A stretch of 40,027 nucleotides of DNA, from NCBI GenBank assembly GCA_965602565.1, contig CBFCZM010000001.1:1-40027 (forward strand), written 5' to 3'. Position 1 is the stretch's first letter. The number at the start of each line of letters is the position of its first letter. The stretch comes from an uncultured Anaerolineae bacterium (lineage in GTDB: Bacteria; Chloroflexota; Anaerolineae; B4-G1; SLSP01). Below are positions 37,584 through 40,027 of the stretch, in pieces. Both the position numbers and the translations under genes were made by a program. Under the pieces are notes generated by a model that saw only the letters and a list, made by a program, of their open reading frames with translations, ran no database searches and had not been told where the DNA came from.

Positions 37584-39104
37584 ATGATGGGACCGAACAC
37601 GCCGCTCCTCCCCGAAGCTGTAATGCCCTACAATTGGCTCTGGGGTTACCTTATCCCCATTGGGTTCCTGATGCTCGTATGGGGTGGACTGGCACCCCGC
37701 CGAGCGCGCCGGTTGACACCAGTTGCTGCCACCGCAGTGGCCCTGGCGGTCATCGGCTACTGGGCCGCCGGTTTCGCACTGCATATGGGGGGCGCATACC
37801 CTGTCACGCAGGATGCTTCCCTGGAGGCGCTCAGGGCGATGCTCTCTCTGGTCCCGGATAACCCCGGATGGGGCGTCGTCGGACTGGCGGGCTTCTTTCT
37901 CTCGGGTGACAATATCACACCAGCGATCATCGGTCTCTTTCTGACTTACCTGCCGCTGATCGCCACTGCCGTGGTTCTGGTCACCGTCGCCCTGGCCCAA
38001 ACACGCCGCTGGATCATGATTCTAGCCGGCACACTGACCGGCGCTGTGATCGTGCCGGTGGCTGCCTGCTGGATGTGGGGCAGCGGGTGGCTGTCGCATC
38101 TGGGCGCGACCTTGGGGCTGGGCAGCGGATTCGTGGACTTCGGAGGTAGTGCACTGATCCTGTGGCTCCCGGGCATGATTGTGTTGCCGGTTCTGCTGCT
38201 TCAGGGGCATCACCCGGACTCAGAAGAGGATCCAGTGCCGCCCACGAACCATGGCCCGCTCATTTCCAACATCGGCGCGCTGCTGATGGGCATCGGGTGG
38301 CTCGGATGGGGGCTCTCCCGATCTTTCCACGTCTCCGGCGCCGCTATCGACTGGTACCGGGCGGCCATGAACGTGCTCCTTGGAATGGCTGGTGCCGTTG
38401 TGACCTCACAGCTATACGGTTGGATGGCCACTGGCAGACCCGAAGCCCTGCTTTCATCGCTGGGCCTTGGCGCCGGATGGGGCGCGCTGCTCGCCTGCGC
38501 GCCATTTGTGCCGCCCTGGGCAGCACTGGTAGTCGGTCTACTGGCAGGCCTGCTCTTCCCGTTGATCCACTACGTGGCCAACAAGAAGCTGCGCAGCCAC
38601 GGCGCGGCAACCGCCGTTTCCTTGGCCCTGACCAGTGGGTTTCCCGGCGTCCTGGGATTGGCCTTTCTGGCCGATGGCCGCTGGGGACAGGGATGGAACG
38701 GAATGGGACAGGGATTGTCTCCCGAAGGCGCCGTCGTCGGCCCGGGCGTTGTCGGAGTTTTTGTTGCCGGCAACGCACAGCAGCTTTCCGCCCAATTGAT
38801 CGGCCTGCTGGCTCTCGCACTGTGGGGTCTACTCTGGGGAGGGATCATTGGCGTCATTGCCAGTCCAAAGTTGTTGGGCTCGACTTCGTACCGCGCCAGG
38901 AGAGCAGCTACAGGTGTCAGACCAAGCCAGATTCCGGCCACTGATGAGATCCACACAGACGCACTCCCCGAGCCAACGCCGCAGTCGGTCGTAGCCGAGG
39001 AACTCACCGTGGATGACGGCACGCCAAGCGTATCCAATGCGCCGACCGTGGCTGGCGAGGCTGAGGAGACAGCAGCACTCCTGCCGACGAATGGGGAGAG
39101 CTAA
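37584..39104 (+). CDS. Amt/Mep/Rh-family membrane protein, divergent (twin-His pore residues absent), with ~75-aa hydrophilic C-terminal tail
   Basis: Collinear with AmtB along 11 TM segments: LVWGGLAPRRAR (compare GGL.R.KN), VALAQTRR (compare GALAER.R), WMWGSGWLSHLG...FVDFGGSALIL (compare WGGG.L...G..DFAGG.VVH), GIGWLGWGLS (compare GWFGFNAGS), and SGFPGVLGLAFLA (compare GVHG..GI.G.L..G.FA). Confidence 0.8.
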   Translation: MMGPNTPLLPEAVMPYNWLWGYLIPIGFLMLVWGGLAPRRARRLTPVAATAVALAVIGYWAAGFALHMGGAYPVTQDASLEALRAMLSLVPDNPGWGVVGLAGFFLSGDNITPAIIGLFLTYLPLIATAVVLVTVALAQTRRWIMILAGTLTGAVIVPVAACWMWGSGWLSHLGATLGLGSGFVDFGGSALILWLPGMIVLPVLLLQGHHPDSEEDPVPPTNHGPLISNIGALLMGIGWLGWGLSRSFHVSGAAIDWYRAAMNVLLGMAGAVVTSQLYGWMATGRPEALLSSLGLGAGWGALLACAPFVPPWAALVVGLLAGLLFPLIHYVANKKLRSHGAATAVSLALTSGFPGVLGLAFLADGRWGQGWNGMGQGLSPEGAVVGPGVVGVFVAGNAQQLSAQLIGLLALALWGLLWGGIIGVIASPKLLGSTSYRARRAATGVRPSQIPATDEIHTDALPEPTPQSVVAEELTVDDGTPSVSNAPTVAGEAEETAALLPTNGES

Positions 39105-39110
39105 CAGATC

Positions 39111-39698
39111 GTGCGTGTAATCGCAGGTGCAGCCAGGGGACGCCGACTCCAATCCGTCAAAGGCCCCGGTACCCGACCTATGACCAATAGGGCGAAAGCA
39201 GCGCTTTTCAGTATCCTTGATTCACACGTGAGGGACTCGGAATTCCTCGATCTCTTCGCCGGTACCGGCCAGGTCGCCATTGAGGCGTTGAGCCGAGGGG
39301 CCGAACGGGCGGTCTTGGTGGAGGTGAACGCAGCCGCCCTGCGCACCATCCAGACCAACCTACGCACAACCACCCTGGAGAAACGCGCATCTCTGGTCCG
39401 CGCGGATGTTTTCAAGTACCTTGCGCGGCCACCTGCGCCATTCGACTATATCTTCATCGCACCCCCGCAGTACCGCGGATGGTGGACACGGGCGCTGTCA
39501 CTCATCGATGCAGGCCCCGACTGGCTCTACGATGACGGATGGGTGATCGTCCAGATCAATCCCAATGAATACGAGAACGTGGAACTGGAAAACCTGACCC
39601 TCTTCGATCAACGCACCTACGGCAGCGTGATGCTCTGCTTCTACGCACGACAGGAGGACGTAGCGTTAGGAGAGGACGAGCCGCACAGAGAGGCGTAG
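39111..39698 (+). CDS. rsmD: 16S rRNA (guanine966-N2)-methyltransferase RsmD
   Basis: VRVIAGAARGRRL...GTRPMTNRAKAALFSIL, SAM motif DLFAGTGQVAIEALSRGA and IFIAPPQY (DPPY-like). The GTG start lies 6 nt after the upstream stop. Confidence 0.85.
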   Translation: MRVIAGAARGRRLQSVKGPGTRPMTNRAKAALFSILDSHVRDSEFLDLFAGTGQVAIEALSRGAERAVLVEVNAAALRTIQTNLRTTTLEKRASLVRADVFKYLARPPAPFDYIFIAPPQYRGWWTRALSLIDAGPDWLYDDGWVIVQINPNEYENVELENLTLFDQRTYGSVMLCFYARQEDVALGEDEPHREA

Positions 39699-39731
39699 AT
39701 CAAGCCGGATTCACTACCTACCGTATGCAAC

Positions 39732-39759
39732 GGGGCGGCAACTATCCAGTTGCCGCCCC
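39732..39759. terminator. Hairpin between convergent rsmD and the ABC permease gene (possible bidirectional terminator)
   Basis: Perfect 11-bp stem ggggcggcaac / gttgccgcccc with a 6-nt loop. There is no strong T tract on either side. Confidence 0.5.
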
Positions 39760-39800
39760 GCGCATTGTGATGGATCCATGGCTGCCCGGGTACGCAATTG

Positions 39801-40027
39801 CTACCGTGCCGCCACCATTTCAGGAATCTGCGTTTTGCGTTCCGCCCAACCCAGTAGGCGGCTCGTCGCAAGAGTCAACAGGAAGTAAAGGACACCGGTG
39901 GTGAAGAAGATCAGCAGCGGTTCGTGCAAGGTGCCATTGACCTGCTGAGCACGCCGCATCAACTCCGCCAATCCCACGGCATAGACCAAGGATGAATCTT
40001 TGACGACGACGGCGGCCTCGTTGGACC
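39801..40027 (-). CDS. Amino-acid ABC transporter permease (HisM/GlnP-type), C-terminal fragment; 5' end beyond the window
   Basis: Minus-strand frame is open to the window end: ...SNEAAVVVKDSSLVYAVGLAELMRRAQQVNGTLHEPLLIFFTTGVLYFLLTLATSRLLGWAERK, the typical end of polar amino-acid ABC permeases (EAA-loop region). Confidence 0.7.
   Translation of the reverse strand, partial: SNEAAVVVKDSSLVYAVGLAELMRRAQQVNGTLHEPLLIFFTTGVLYFLLTLATSRLLGWAERKTQIPEMVAAR

Noticed and set aside
1-40027. Window-wide scan for CRISPR repeats, IS inverted repeats, integrase/att sites, toxin-antitoxin pairs and large direct repeats.
   Set aside because: I could see nothing of the kind by eye. The only repeats are low-complexity coding runs (PT linkers, the acidic S2 tail).

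Overview
Dense, high-GC (about 60% by eye) bacterial chromosomal core segment with about 37 protein genes and one tmRNA. I saw no rRNA, tRNA, CRISPR array, transposase, integrase or phage genes. The backbone is housekeeping: clpC (partial) and rnc, an S8 protease, pcrA, ubiB, surE, spoVS, holB, ssrA, glgP, rho, and the conserved rpsB-tsf-pyrH-frr-uppS-cdsA block. SpoVS, GerW-like proteins, J-domain membrane proteins and a leaderless-looking promoter suggest a Terrabacteria lineage such as Chloroflexota, but that is inference only. I cannot point to a canonical defence or mobile system. Four things do not fit textbook expectations: (1) a single-chain molybdenum hydroxylase (XDH/CoxSL architecture) in which all eight [2Fe-2S] cysteine ligands are replaced at exactly canonical spacing, while the Mo domain looks intact; (2) next to it, a 630-aa PEPCK/HprK-like P-loop protein of unknown function; (3) a two-gene module, downstream of pcrA, encoding a secreted PPC-domain protein and a J-domain/TM/sortase-like (Cys-less) protein; (4) an Amt/Mep/Rh-family membrane protein that has lost both pore histidines and has no PII partner. 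Smaller items are a histidine-kinase C-terminal relic, an unexplained 354-nt spacer inside the uppS-cdsA pair, an acidic tail on ribosomal protein S2, and a tail-anchored GerW-like gene pair. All domain calls come from reading motifs by eye; no database search was possible.
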